A stretch of 62,607 bases of DNA, filler included, from Catajapyx aquilonaris (Eukaryota), in the NCBI GenBank assembly GCA_000934665.2. It is 2 parts of 2 records of this genome, joined end to end, with 100 filler letters (N's around TTAATTAATTAA, not from the genome) between each part and the next. Parts side by side here need not be neighbours in the genome. Positions count along the whole stretch, not along the records: positions 1 to 31,267 come from KZ539167.1; positions 31,368 to 62,607 come from JYFJ02004551.1. The stretch is one strand, 5' to 3'. Positions 24,534-36,742 of the stretch are shown here, one piece after another. Within the stretch, counting starts at the first letter, position 1. Every line of letters begins with the position of its first letter. Under the pieces are notes generated by a model, which saw only the letters and a list, made by a program, of their open reading frames with translations, was not told where the DNA came from and searched no databases. The position numbers and the translations under genes are program-made.

Positions 24534-27242
24534 GTATGCCTTTGTTTTCATTTGTTTAGTCTTCTGGGGTGTGTGGAACAATGGTATGGCGCAAGTATGT
24601 TTACACGCCGGATCCCATTTCCACCGATGATGCACGTCCTTGGGGAAGGTTGAATGTGCGTCTGGGACGCCATGCTGCCTTGGCCGCGAGAAGAAATAGC
24701 TGATTGAATAGCCTTTATTCAAGCTTTGACCTACTGGCACCAATGCGGGCAGGGCAATTCGGATGGTTTTGGGAACCAAATGTACCAAATTTGAAATGGA
24801 ATTACGTGGGAAGGTCGAAGCTCCAATAGTTAAAGAGTTTGACTTTGTATGGCCCATTTGGAAGCAAGGTCACCGCACCGGGTCATATCTGGCTTGCTCA
24901 AAAATTGGTCATCTTTTTGATCCCCCACACCTGCTGACTTTTAAAACGTCTGATATGAAAATAGTCCCATGTCTGGCCCGAATGTTGTTTGTGCAGCAAG
25001 AGGTCACGGCACTTGGACGGAGTGGTGTGAGTCGTCCAGAATCCAACGACTGGGGGCGATATGGTTGGAGCCGGCCGCCAAATAAGATACTGGTGAAATC
25101 CGATCGCGCCCGAGCGACCTATGACTTTCCACCACGTAAAGATAGCCCGGAGTGTGAGTTACCAGATCCCAAGGCTGCCTGCTGCCTGCTGGAACTGAAT
25201 AACAGATGATGTTTGTGACAGATAAAAAGGCCAGTTCGTACGGCTGTATATGAACAAATATGTTCGTACGGCTGTATCTGGCCAAATTCGTACCCGCGGA
25301 AATATCTGAAGCAGAATTATTATAGAAACAGGTTATCTAATGTCGACCCCCCCCCACCCCCCCCTCCTTTGCCGAAAAGGGCACTTAATCTAATCTGGGG
25401 GAAAGGTTGGTAGGGAGGAAGCGGAAATGAAAGGTCAAGTAGTGTGGCGCCCAGCCAGGTGGCGCTACGAACGCACCCTCCGAGACGCCCATTATTCCCC
25501 GAGGCCGGCCGCCGACATGATCGCTCTGAAAAGGTTAATAACTACCCTGTCGCCAGACATATACTGACTCATTCTCCCATGTAGGACAAGCCTCATATAC
25601 GGAAGGGGTGATTCGCGCGCAGGTGTGAATCCCAGTTAGCTTTGCGTTTTTTTTTTTTTAAAAAAAAAAATTTAAAATAATTTTTTCTCTCTCGAAGAGG
25701 TGTATCCCTGAGGAAGGACGCAAAAGTTGGCCACGCAAGCATGAAAAGCAAAAGGTTGCTTTGGGATTCTTTGCATGCGACCAGGGGTAGGGGGCTCGCA
25801 TGAGTGATAATCATGGGGTTTGCAGGGGGAACCCGTGCGATTGTCGCGCCCTGCCACCTGCCGGCTTACCTTGGCCCAACAGGTAAAAAAAAGAAGGCCT
25901 TCAGGCTGCCCTTTTACTTGCCCAGGTACCCCCGATGCGCAGTGTCAATATTACTTATGTGGCCTAAGTGGTGGGGACATAAATATGTGAAATCGAGGTT
26001 CATTGGGAATTGATGTGATTCAAAGGGGCGCGGGGATATTATAGGCTGGACTTAATTGCGGGACCGAGGTAGCCTAGTGTAGGGAGCTGTGTGCAAATAG
26101 TTAGCTGATGTGCTGGGCGGGGATGCCATTTCCTTTTCAAACATGTGCAAATCGGCGAGGCGTATAAGTGCACTTAGCCGAACCCTAACATGATATAGAC
26201 ATGTGTGATATTTTTTTAAAATAGATATTAGTTTACATTTGTTAACATTTTTGGGTGATGTAACATACTGCTAAGCCTTTTTTTTTTGTTTAGTGCTTGA
26301 AAGTCGAGGGCCACGGGAGAGTCACATTGGTTGTGGTGGGTTTAGTAGGGGGGTTGGGGAGTCTTCCTCTTGCATGGCCTCATTGTGGCGGGGCCACGCA
26401 CAACCAAATTACAGGCTCCCTCCGAAAGGAAAAGAAACCGGGGGGGGGGGGGGGGGGGGNAGGGCGCTATTGTTGCATGGGAAAGTAGTTTTTTTGTTTT
26501 CACATCAAACGAAAGCGACCGCTGCGGTTGGCGACATTGTTGGAATACACGGCGTATATATCAGCAGCTCCTAGGTTTTGCCGAACTCGAATTCTCCATT
26601 CCCCCCATGAAAAAAAAAAAAACCTTGTAGGAATGTGGATTTCTGATCGATCGCCGTGAAAGTATCGAGTCAAAGGTTAGGCTTCCCAGGACGCCGCATG
26701 ATTCACCCCCGTCTGTGTAATGCATCATTGGCCAGTAATGAGTCGCCCAGATAGCATTGGTTTAAATAGTTATTGAAGATAATTACAAATATGTACAGCC
26801 GACAAGATGGCCACTGTAATCAACAATTAAATACAGTGTACTATACAGTGAAGCATAGGGAGGGTCCAACTTATCAGGGTGTCCCAACTTCACAGGTTTC
26901 ATTGCATTATTTTGATGATGACCCAAAGCCGGTGTCCCCATCTACACGAAGAAATATTCTCAGCATTTCCGGAAGGGAAATAAGTGGGGCATGAGAACAG
27001 GTGCGGGCTCCGGGGTGGAAACCTTCCAGGGCTCAGCTTTCAGGGAAAAAATACCACACACGGCGCTTACCTTTTCCATTCATTTTTCCGCCATTTTTCG
27101 CCTCCGCGACACCGGCGCGGTATCCCCTTAGACAAACAAACCAGTCAGAAGGTGTGTCAGTGTGGGCGTCGACTGTTGCGTACCACCTGCCTTCGAAAAA
27201 CCGTCCCAATTGTAAATTAAAGTTCTTGTTTTTTTGTTTCAG

Positions 27243-27320
27243 ATTGTGCACCCAGCGAAGTCTCATCGCAGGAGACGCACGGGACATTGCCGTACGACTC
27301 CGTCACCGAAAACATGGCAG
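27243..27320 (+). CDS. Smad6: I-Smad exon 3 (linker)
   Basis: ttgtttcag|ATTGT...GCAG|gtgag, phase 1-1; DCAPSEVSSQETHGTLPYDSVTENMA matches the DxAPSE motif recalled from insect I-Smads. Confidence 0.8.
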
Positions 27321-28702
27321 GTGAGACCGCCCGGCAACTTGTTGCTGGTATGCCCGTGGCAACAGGTCCATGGCGGCAACCCCGTCCATCCATCTATCTA
27401 TCCGTCCATCCCCTTTTTTGGGGGACGTGTGTGTGGGAGGTTGCCACGGTGGTCACGGCCTCGGCGGTGTTGCCAGGTGGACTCAGATTCCTTGAAAGCG
27501 AGTGGGGGACGCAGCCTTCTGGCGACGACCTTACAGGACGGCCTGTGAATGGAGGCTGCATGGGCGCGACTCTATGCGGGGTTACATCACAGGGGGGTTA
27601 CCTTTTTGCTTCAGCGCTACCTAACGTCCGATCATGGAAAAATCGGACCCAATTTGCGATGTACAGGAGGGGGAGGTCAAGTAGTGACCCGATTTTGGTT
27701 TTTTTTAAAAAAATAAAAATGGTTGTCTTTTGGAGGAATCTGTGCGGTGGATTTTTGTGTGTGGAATGCAGGACATAGTTGGCACATTCCTGCACGATTC
27801 GTTGGCCCGAAGAGATCCTCCGGAGCTGACCGACCAGTCCGGCTCACCTCGGCACGTGGGATGCCACCACCCGACGACTCCACCCCTGCTTGGCTCCTTA
27901 CTTAAATTCGCCCAATTCGGCACATGTGATACTAAAATTGCAAACCAAACCTGGACAAACAAACAAACATTGCCTTTTATAATAATAGATTGCCACTGTT
28001 GGCCACCTTGCCCGTATGAATGACAGGGATATGTAACCCTGGGATTAGAGAAATGTCTCCAGGACCACGTGGCCCATTCACATCGAGTCTGATGACCTCT
28101 CTTCAGCAAGGGAAAAATCAGGCCAGCAGTCCACTTCGATCCGAGCAACGGTTCTTTTTATACGGCGGCATGCTGCTGGGGTCGACGACGACTCGAAAAA
28201 GAGTATGGGCCCGGTCTGGCTCCTGACTTGAATCAGGTTCCTTGACTAGATAAAAGTGTAGAATTTTTTGGGATAGTTTTAAGTTTTGGTGGGGGGTAAC
28301 CCTCTAGAGTGGCGTTAAGCAGGTGCTTTTTGCCTTCGTAATTGATACGGGGCAGGGTAATACATTACCATAGATTTGCCGCTTGGATCGGCGCTCCTGG
28401 ATTTCCTAGGGGTTATGAATAGCCCAGAGTTCTAGGTCGTTATACTGGGTGAGTCAGTGAATCATTCCCCCCGAGCATTCCCCAGAGTGGTACAGTATAT
28501 CGGAACGGGACTGGCGGCAGAAGCACCCAACTGTAGGCGCTTTAGAAATAATTGTATATTTTAATGAATTTCAATATTTATGTAAATTTGCTTGAAATAT
28601 TTTATATAATTATTCTTATGTAAATGTATGTAAATTGTTGAAGCAAATTCAAATACGTTCACTATTTGATAGTGTAATATTTCTTATATATATTTTAAGG
28701 AG

Positions 28703-28862
28703 CCAGACTGCTAATCGGGAGGTCCTGGGTTCGATTCCCGGGGTGGCGATCCTGACCGTGGCTTTCTGTGGTTTTACATGGTCCTCCCAGGATAATTCCG
28801 GTGTCGCTTCCGTACAATAGGCCACAGCCGCCTCCTTCGTTCCCTATCCTTGGCCCCATCCA
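28703..28862 (+). mobile_element. tRNA-derived SINE fragment (same family as 31380-31535)
   Basis: Box B GGTTCGATTCCC followed by CTGTGGTTTT...AATAGGCCACAGCCGC core. Confidence 0.75.
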
Positions 28863-29686
28863 TGTGTGAGGAATATTTCAGAAATATTGATTGGTAAAAT
28901 GGTGGTATTCCACCCCCCCNCCCCCCCCCGAATGGAGCGCCTATTCTCCCAATGGGGTAATATAAATAAAAAATGCTCATATTTTTCAATATCGCTTATT
29001 AAAATATTTGTTGTATATATTCAGGTGGATTTGTGAACAGTCTGGCGAAACATGTTGAGGATTTCATTGCTTTCTCCTTCCGTAAGTTGCCATGCATAAT
29101 AGACGCGATCATGATTTCCTGCAACGGATTTCCCTCCCATTGGATCGGGACTGAGGAGGGAAGGGATGGGAAATGCTTAGGGAAAAACCGGGCTTCTCCT
29201 AGGAGCCTGAATAAGTCAATGCGAAATCGATAGCTAACCCTTTTCTATGAAACTAATTCCCGCCCCTCACTAAAAATGTGGGTATCGTCGACGCGCGCGG
29301 GGGGGTGGGGGTGACTGGTGAGGGGGGAGGCACGTGACCCAAACCAAAATGAAAAAAAAGGAGACAAACATGACCTTTTGACCGCCCGTCGTGGTTGTTG
29401 AATGGAGCTGGAAGGCACGAGTTCATAGAGTGGGTAGTGTATAAGGATCTCCAAATCCGGGCAGGAGAAAAGTGGGAATTAGTAGGTGGGCGGAGGGGTG
29501 AAAAAAAAAAAAAGGTCTTTGGGTGAATGGTGCGGAGGATAGAGTGAATGGGAAAGGTGAGTCTCTTGTGGGCTTTTCAAAGTGAGTGAATGGCCTTGAG
29601 TGGGAGTGAAAAGCAAGCCCTTTTTGTGGTCTATTCACCAAGCACTTGGCCCGCTTCACTATTCAGCCGCGGGGAAGAATCGGATG

Positions 29687-29935
29687 AATTTTGAGCCGAT
29701 TTTTTTAAAAATGTTTCCAATTTTTAAAGTGAAAAACAACAATTCGGCCAATTTTTCGGCCCGAAATATGTTTGAGCCGAAAAATAATATTTTGGAACAT
29801 TTTTAACGCGTGAAATGATAATCTGGTCAATTTTTAGCCCTAAAATTGTTTTGAGCAGGAATATAATAATTTGGCCAAATTTTAACGCGTGAAAACTACA
29901 ATTCGGCCAATTTTTCGGGCGAAATTGTTTTGACC
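29687..29935. repeat. Degenerate AT-rich minisatellite (~80-nt higher-order period)
   Basis: Recurrent TTTGAGCCGA, AATTCGGCCAATTTTT and TTTAACGCGTGAAA (~29802 and ~29881). Confidence 0.7.
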
Positions 29936-31267
29936 TGAGAAATTTGACCCCGACAGATGTCTCGACCTCTCGTATTGTGTGGCTACTTTTCGAGCCGTGG
30001 TGATAAAGATCATGGAGTGTTCGGGTTAGTACTGGTTACGCCGAAAATGTCACCCACTGAAAGCGACACGCCTTTTTTCAGATTGGCATCCGGTACCGTT
30101 AACTTGTGGTATCTAGGGGTCGTCGGATGACCGGTCTATTAATATGTGATTGACGTGTCTTTGAGGACACTTGTTGAGGACTAAAGGGACGGCCACGTGG
30201 AAGGTTCAAAAAAATAGTTGTTTTTTCTTTTCCCGAGCGTTTATTTTGTGAGCGATTGTGTAAACGCGGGTAGGAACGAATCGCTGAAAAGTCGATTCAA
30301 AAAGGGCGTAAATATTATTCTAGGATCCTGCTGGGTACACTCATAGTCAAAAAAGTTGCGATTTTGCGTACGGTAATTGGGTTGTCTTCCCATCTCAATT
30401 GTATTTCAATCAGGGCAAAATCTGGGACAGGAAGCGGTATTTCTGGAATACCGAATACATTCGGTTGACCTCGCGTGTATAATGTATGTCCATAGGGAGT
30501 CTCTTATCAGTATTTTCTTCTAAGGGTTATCGATGGGGGGAGATTTGAGCGAAGGACCACTGGAGCCTGGAATATCTGGGCCGATCTTTTTCAAACCCTA
30601 GTTTGTTATTTTACTGCTCCATTTATTTTTCGAAAATGTCTTACCAGGGTGACGCTTTGCATGCTTGGTTTACATAGTTGTTATCGATATCCTTATCAAT
30701 TTCCAAACGGTTAGTTGTTATTGTAGGGACACTTTGCTGATATTATCCGGTACAAACTATCCCAATGACTTAACGTTGCGGATATTTTCCACGTCTGATT
30801 TCACTCCGCGGTTTCTGAAAACAACCCCGTGTTTCAGAAAGTGGCGATGTAGTCATTGCCGACCTTGGAATCTCATAGCCCTGAGAGTATAGTATAGGAC
30901 AAGGTGGCAACTAGCAGGTAACATCTTCCTGATCAAGCCTATCATAGTCTATCGAGCATAGTTAGGCATGAGGCTAATCAATTAGCATTTTTTGGACCTC
31001 AGCATAGCGTCCCAAGGCTGGTTGTTTTATTTCCAAGGCTGCGGTGGGGAAGATGCCGCCGGCTTTCTTACATTCCCTTCCACTGCCTTTGCTTTTCCCT
31101 TCCACCAGTCTTCCGCACAAGAAGAAGAACGCAGGGGGCACATGCAGGGTTGCCATCTTCATCCATTTCAATGTTGGTGTCTTATTAGTATGGTGTGTCC
31201 AGTATGACCGCCATTGTCGTACGTGCGCCTTGCCTATGCGGCTCAGGGGCAAAGTAACCCCCCCCCC

Positions 31268-31367
31268 NNNNNNNNNNNNNNNNNNNNNNNNNNNNNNNNN
31301 NNNNNNNNNNNTTAATTAATTAANNNNNNNNNNNNNNNNNNNNNNNNNNNNNNNNNNNNNNNNNNNN
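31268..31367. other. Artificial contig linker N44-TTAATTAATTAA-N44
   Basis: Exactly 100 nt and symmetric; the central 12-mer places stop codons in all six frames. Confidence 0.95.
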
Positions 31368-31379
31368 ATATGGTATCCA

Positions 31380-31535
31380 ACTGCTAATCTGGAGGTCCTG
31401 GGTTCCAGTCCCGGAGGCCGGCGGTCCTGACCTTGGTTTTCTGTGGTTTTCCAAGGTCTCCCCAGGAAAATTTCCGGGATCGTACTGTAAAATAGGCCAC
31501 AGCCGCTTCCTTCCTTTCCTATCCTTGTCCTGTCC
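31380..31535 (+). mobile_element. tRNA-derived SINE fragment
   Basis: Collinear with 28703-28862 (ACTGCTAATC..GAGGTCCTGGGTTC..CTGTGGTTTT..AATAGGCCACAGCCGC..CCTATCCTTG). Confidence 0.75.
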
Positions 31536-31989
31536 TTGAGGAGGTGCGGAGTCGGTGGGGGCTTTCTGACCCGCACCTAGGGGGGTGAATAGCTTGGCCC
31601 CCTGGGGGACTGCACACGACCCCCAAAATTTGGACATCGCACTTGCACCCGTATCCCCCCCTCACAAATCTCTATCCTGACCCCTGCATCGGAGAGAAAA
31701 TGCGATGAAAATTTCGTAAGAAAAAATGGTGGTAACCCACCCCCCTAAAAGGGCTCTGTTCCCTCTAATGGGGTAAAGCTTAAAAAAGGGGGGGGGGAGA
31801 GAGAGAAGGTGGGTGAAATTGAACTCAAAAAGCACTGGCACACAGCTAAGAGATAAATTATTGCAGACATGTTTTTGATATGAAGATACTAATGCACTCC
31901 GCGTAAATTGCCTTCTGTCTGATTGAAATAGTTTCATCAGCTTTGCATAGGATGTATCAAATGTAGTCATGGCGTTTGGCTCTTTTCAG

Positions 31990-32289
31990 GTGACTTTGAC
32001 AGAGTACCATGTGGTTGGTCTGAAGTGCAGCCTTTGCGGCTCATACAACACATGCATGGAGGGGGCTCCGTTCAGAAGAGTAGCAGCGAGCGGGACTGAG
32101 CAGTCAAACCATGCAGAAGTGGGCGAAGGAGGGGAAGGTGGCTCAAGCATGGACCAAAGCCTGTTGGTCATGGAGGAGAATGGTCGTGAGGGTGAAGAGG
32201 AGGCGGATGATGAAGGATTGGACGAAGAGGTAGAAGGGGCTGTGGGAGGGGCTGTAAATGGATCCAGCAACGAGAACTCAGAGTGTTAG
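31990..32289 (+). CDS. RCHY1: RING finger and CHY zinc finger protein 1 (Pirh2), terminal exon: C-terminal zinc ribbon plus acidic tail
   Basis: tcttttcag|GTG, phase 0; VTLTEYHVVGLKCSLCGSYNTC matches the RCHY1 motif FH(I/V)(L/V)G(M/L)KCxxCxSYNT; TAG stop; downstream AATAAA at ~32539, ~32987, ~33446. Upstream exons lie outside the contig. Confidence 0.88.
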   Translation: MTLTEYHVVGLKCSLCGSYNTCMEGAPFRRVAASGTEQSNHAEVGEGGEGGSSMDQSLLVMEENGREGEEEADDEGLDEEVEGAVGGAVNGSSNENSEC

Positions 32290-33191
32290 TCTTAATCTCG
32301 GTGCACGGACCCATCCGCACTGAGACTCTTGTAACTTATTCCAAAAATTGGCAGCCTTTACCATGGTCTGCACTTAATTTTTTCCAAAATACTCATATGG
32401 TGTCAGAAAAAAAAGTGAGATGGTAAAAATTGCAGTAAGCTGAACCCTGGCTGTGTTAAAAAGAGATTGATGGATTTTAGATGGGTGGGGTACGGGGGAG
32501 AGAAATGCATTTCGTGTTTATGTGAGGCATCATAAAAAAATAAATTTAATTGAAGTGTTAGGATTCATTTTCTATCTGGATTTTAGGGACGGGATACAAA
32601 TTTAACCATGTTGTATGTCGCAATTTTTGAAATAATTTTAATTCCTATGTAACATTGTGTTGTGCTGATACCATCATCACATGGTGTGGAGTAATAATTA
32701 CAAGCAGAATCTGTATGAGTAAGTTCTTCCCTTCATATTGCACTTCTTTATTTTGATCATTTTTTTGTGTATAAAAAAAGGGTCAATCAACACTGTTAAT
32801 ATCTCTCCCATTATGCTCCATCTCAACAAATTGCGTCTCAAAAAGCATTGTTTTAATGGCAGAAACAAAAGAGGACACTAAGTTTGCTATCCTAATAGCC
32901 CCAAATTCCCTTCCTCCCAAAAAACTATTTATAAAAAAAGAAGGTCCTAACAGTCTTGTGTTGGTCTTGTGTTGTTTTGTTAGACAATAAAAAGTGACAC
33001 CCTGAAAAGGCGGACAATTTAAATGTAGTGTTTCACTACACTTAACTTGTCGGGCTTGTTCTATGCTCTGCTATTGGAAGTGTTTCATACAAGCACATGA
33101 CCTGAAATACCCTGGCACTGTCTCATAAGGCTCATAACTCATAAGACACTGTATGTGTATCAAATACACAGCTCTCAATAATTGAAGATGT

Positions 33192-33421
33192 CCGGGGAAG
33201 AACGATCAGGGTCCACTTTTTGTCAAAAATGAGTTACAATATCTCAGAAGATACTTTCACTAGTGTAGAATATGATAGTTTGGTCGTGGTGGGGTTATGG
33301 TCATAGGCCACAATGGAAGGCCCCAAAAGTGGGATTTACAAAGGAGCCTTATGGGCCTTCGAAATTTAAAATTTGATTATCTCAGTTTCACCTGAGGTGG
33401 ACCTTGATCGTTTTTCTCCTG
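33192..33421. mobile_element. Degenerate MITE
   Basis: CGGGGAAGAACGATCAGGGTCCAC inverted to GTGGACCTTGATCGTTTTTCTCCTG. Confidence 0.5.
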
Positions 33422-34302
33422 AGGTTAATGATTTTGTTTACCTCAATAAAATGATATTTATTCATTTATTTTTTATTTTTCATTTACTGATTTAATTATT
33501 ACCCCAATGGGCCCACGGTGGCCATTGCGGGATTGGGGACACATCATTGTACTGTATACCACAAAATTATTATATATCATACTATTATTGTTTATTTTTT
33601 ACTTCTAAAGTAAGATTAACTTCTAATAGTAATTGCATGGCCACATGAAAATGATTGAACGTGAATAGGTACAAAAATAAGACGTTTACCAGTATATGAC
33701 ACCTGGTCTCAGCCTGGTCGTCATTTTGAAAAATGTCTGCCAATTTAGTTACAGGAAAAATCTGAGGTGGCGTCCCTTCCAAAAACGTCTGTTACGGTGT
33801 TGTTCATACAAGTGTGCCAAAAATCATGCATCTATCATCAATAGCACATATCTTCCGAAATAATATTTCACATATCTGCCACACCATTGATAGACACTGT
33901 GAACATGGTCAGCTTGCACTCCCAAGAAAACACCAAAACGCTCGCAAAAACGTATACTAACATTTGGGCGACACCACAGCTCCTCTGGCTATATTGCCTG
34001 CGATGCTGCAAACCTAAGGTCCCTTGTATTGGAGGCGCGGGACATATGCAGCTTTTGTCATCTACAGTGACGCAGGAGAATAGCCAAGTTACGTCCCTTC
34101 CACCACATGTAAAAACATCTGAGGATGAACAAGAAGCTACCATATAGGACCAGTGAGAAAGTATCAGCTGGCCCCGGAAATATGCTTGATTTAATCTACA
34201 ATGTAGTAGGCCTACTACACGATATGTCAAAAAAAAGACTTACTGGCGCTTTATGTAACTTAAATCCATCAGAACTTTAGGAAGGTGAATGGATACTGTT
34301 GG

Positions 34303-34670
34303 AATCTTCCCTTCTCCTCCCCCTATTCTTCACCTTGCAGAAGTGCTGATGGCTGCATACAGCATAGCGACTGGATAGGTGTGTCTGAAACTTATTTGTT
34401 ATAGTGACACTCCATGTACTATACTACGCTCAAACATAGAGCTGATTTTGCATTTGACTCAAGTGCATGATGCACTTGAGTCAAATGCAATATCGTCTCT
34501 ATGTTTTTGAGCGATATACATGGAGTGTCACTATAACAAATAAGTTTCGGACACACCTATCCAGTCGCTATGCTGTACAGCCATCAGCACTTCTGCAAGG
34601 TGAAGAATAGGGGGAGGAGAAGGAAAGATTAAATGCAAAATCGTCTTTATGTTTTTGAGCGATATAGTAC
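34303..34670. repeat. Near-perfect ~328-nt palindrome (34303-34630) with essentially no loop, followed by a third copy of the inner segment
   Basis: Centre CTCAAGTGCAT-G-ATGCACTTGAG; ends AATCTTCCCTTCTCCTCC / GGAGGAGAAGGAAAGATT; 34631-34670 repeats ~34483-34518. Confidence 0.92.
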
Positions 34671-35420
34671 GTTGTTAATAAAATTATTGTAGTCTGCCAA
34701 CTTGTCCAGGTGTATACAATGCCTCAGTAGTTGGAGGCTGAGCTTGACCCTTTTGACGCAGCATGGAAAGAAGATAAATGGAAGGAACCGCATCTTCTCA
34801 TCCGTGGTGTGGAATGAGCGAAGACAGCACATAATATATGTACTAGAACATGAACATGTATACAAGAAATAAATTCGGAAATAATGAAATAATAGCTTCA
34901 GTACGAAGGAAATTAATCGAGTTATTATTATTTATATTAAAATCCAAATACAATGATGATAACAGTTTTAAAATAGTTGGTTATGTAGAAAGGTTTTTAA
35001 AAAACAAGGTTTGCTTGTGAAATTAACGTTTTCGTCATTAAACCTCTAGGCTTCGTTTAATGCTTGGTCACGTTGAATATAATCAAACTAATTGCGGAGT
35101 GTTTTTAATAAAATCGTGATGAACGTAATCCTTGCAAACAATGGAGCATCCAGTCCGAACCAGTCATCCCAGAATCTAGGCAACACTTCAATAGAGCTTG
35201 CGACGTTTGTTTGAGTCGGAGTCGTTGGTTTTCGGCACCGAATACCAGGGTCCCTTCTGAAAAAGATTTTTTGAGGTGAATTCGTTCGCACAAGCTTTTA
35301 CCAAGTGCTCAGGTTGATATGTGTCTGGTAAATCTTATGTTATTCATTAGCATTTACAAAAATTTTGGCACCATCCCTTCTGCGCCAGAAGGTATATCAG
35401 CATGATGCTGAGTTTTTGTT

Positions 35421-35622
35421 TTAAAGAGCATAACGCAAGAGAAACAAGAGTATTACCGCTCTTTCAGCAAAGGTTTCCATTCCAATCTCCAGGATGCCCA
35501 TCGTCATGCCCTGGGGAACAGCGATAGACAAGATTCCCATGTTGCGAGCCTCCTGGATTCCCTCTATATCTACATCAAAATACAGGACTTCGTGGGCTGC
35601 GTATCCTGAATCATTCAAAATC
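35421..35622 (-). CDS. MDP1: MDP1-like protein, exon 4 (3' end ambiguous: read-through to TAA at 35421, or splice at 35457)
   Basis: ttctttag|G, phase 2; ILNDSGYAAHEVLYFDVDIEGIQEARNMGILSIAVPQGMTMGILEIGMETFAER aligns with MDP1 [53 protein letters not shown]. Confidence 0.85.
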
Positions 35623-35884
35623 CTAAAGAACATATATAATGCATCGTCATTATCTGGACATATTAGCTTAAAGGGATGTGTTTCTATATTTAAAATAATA
35701 TTAATATAGCTCATTCTCTTCAAGTATAATATTATAATGACAACCCTTTCCACCATGAGGGTAATCATGTTCATCACCACCAAGCAGGCAAAATAGGAAG
35801 CTGATGCCCAGTTCGCCACAATGCTTGAGAGGGTGATATGAGGGTCGCTCAGAGAATGATCGCCTTGGCGCCCTTTCAATGTCG

Positions 35885-35915
<31 letters not shown>

Positions 35916-36433
35916 NCCAGTGTCCAGACACACGCTTCAGCTGCAAGGTAGGGTAGAAGGGGGCAATGGGCCAATGGGGGTACCGACAACTGCGTCTGCC
36001 ACTTAATAAAGAAACTAACGAGACAAAAATTCGAGTACACCCGCGCTTTGCAAGGATCTAAACTCTAAAGAGTCTAAGCAATCGCAAAAGAAAACCGTGT
36101 CATGGGCAGTACTTCCTGCACTCATTGCAGTATGACTTACGTACTTACGAACGGGCTCCCAAGGCTCCCCATAAGGATATTTGAGGAGGTGGCCGCCAAC
36201 AACTTCTACCTTCCATTTTTGTCGTTTTTATGTTAACATCACCATTAAAATCTTCAAGTAATATCGCACCTAAATATGAGCCAAAGAGCCAGATCGAAAT
36301 GAGTTTTCAAAACCATATCAAGGGGACGAAATCTGGATATCCCACGCTCCCAGTTACAGCCATACAAATCGAATCTACAAAAGTGGCATTTTCTCGGAAT
36401 AGGGTTCGGCAACCACACTAATATTCAAAGTTT

Positions 36434-36546
36434 ACAACAACAACAACAACACGACATTTCCCTATGAGGGGTAGTCAGCGATGAAGGGAGACACAAGCTA
36501 ACCCATCTTTGAACTAAATTAAAACATATGAAAATAAAGCTATAAA
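36434..36546 (-). mobile_element. 3' end of a non-LTR retroelement with a (TTG)n tail (sister copy 62490-62607)
   Basis: (CAA)n then ACGACATTTCCCTATGAGGGGTAGTCAGCGATGAAGGGAGAC in both copies. Confidence 0.65.
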
Positions 36547-36742
36547 CACCCACACCCCACCCCTGCTCATCTCAGACGACTACTGATTAACGAACCTATC
36601 CGATAGTGTCATTAATCAGTAGTGTGCATTATAGGCATATTGAAAGCAGAAAACACAAAAATTCAAAATTTCGTAATTTTCTGAACAGAGGACATATTGT
36701 GCCTCAACCTTGCGGTGCAAAACTTGCGAGTAGGAAACTTAA

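Noticed and set aside
24763..25209. 148-aa ORF in Smad intron 2
   Set aside because: No recognisable domain or supporting splice structure.
29687..29935. CRISPR-like array
   Set aside because: Degenerate tandem units without unique spacers, no cas genes, eukaryotic context.
21036..32289. Smad-RCHY1 fusion or gene cluster
   Set aside because: It spans the artificial linker, and the exon phases (1 versus 0) are incompatible.
21511..35917. Long G/C homopolymers as G-quadruplex elements (e.g. 21544, 22809, 26440, 28912, 35885)
   Set aside because: Most abut Ns, so their lengths are unreliable sequencing or assembly output.
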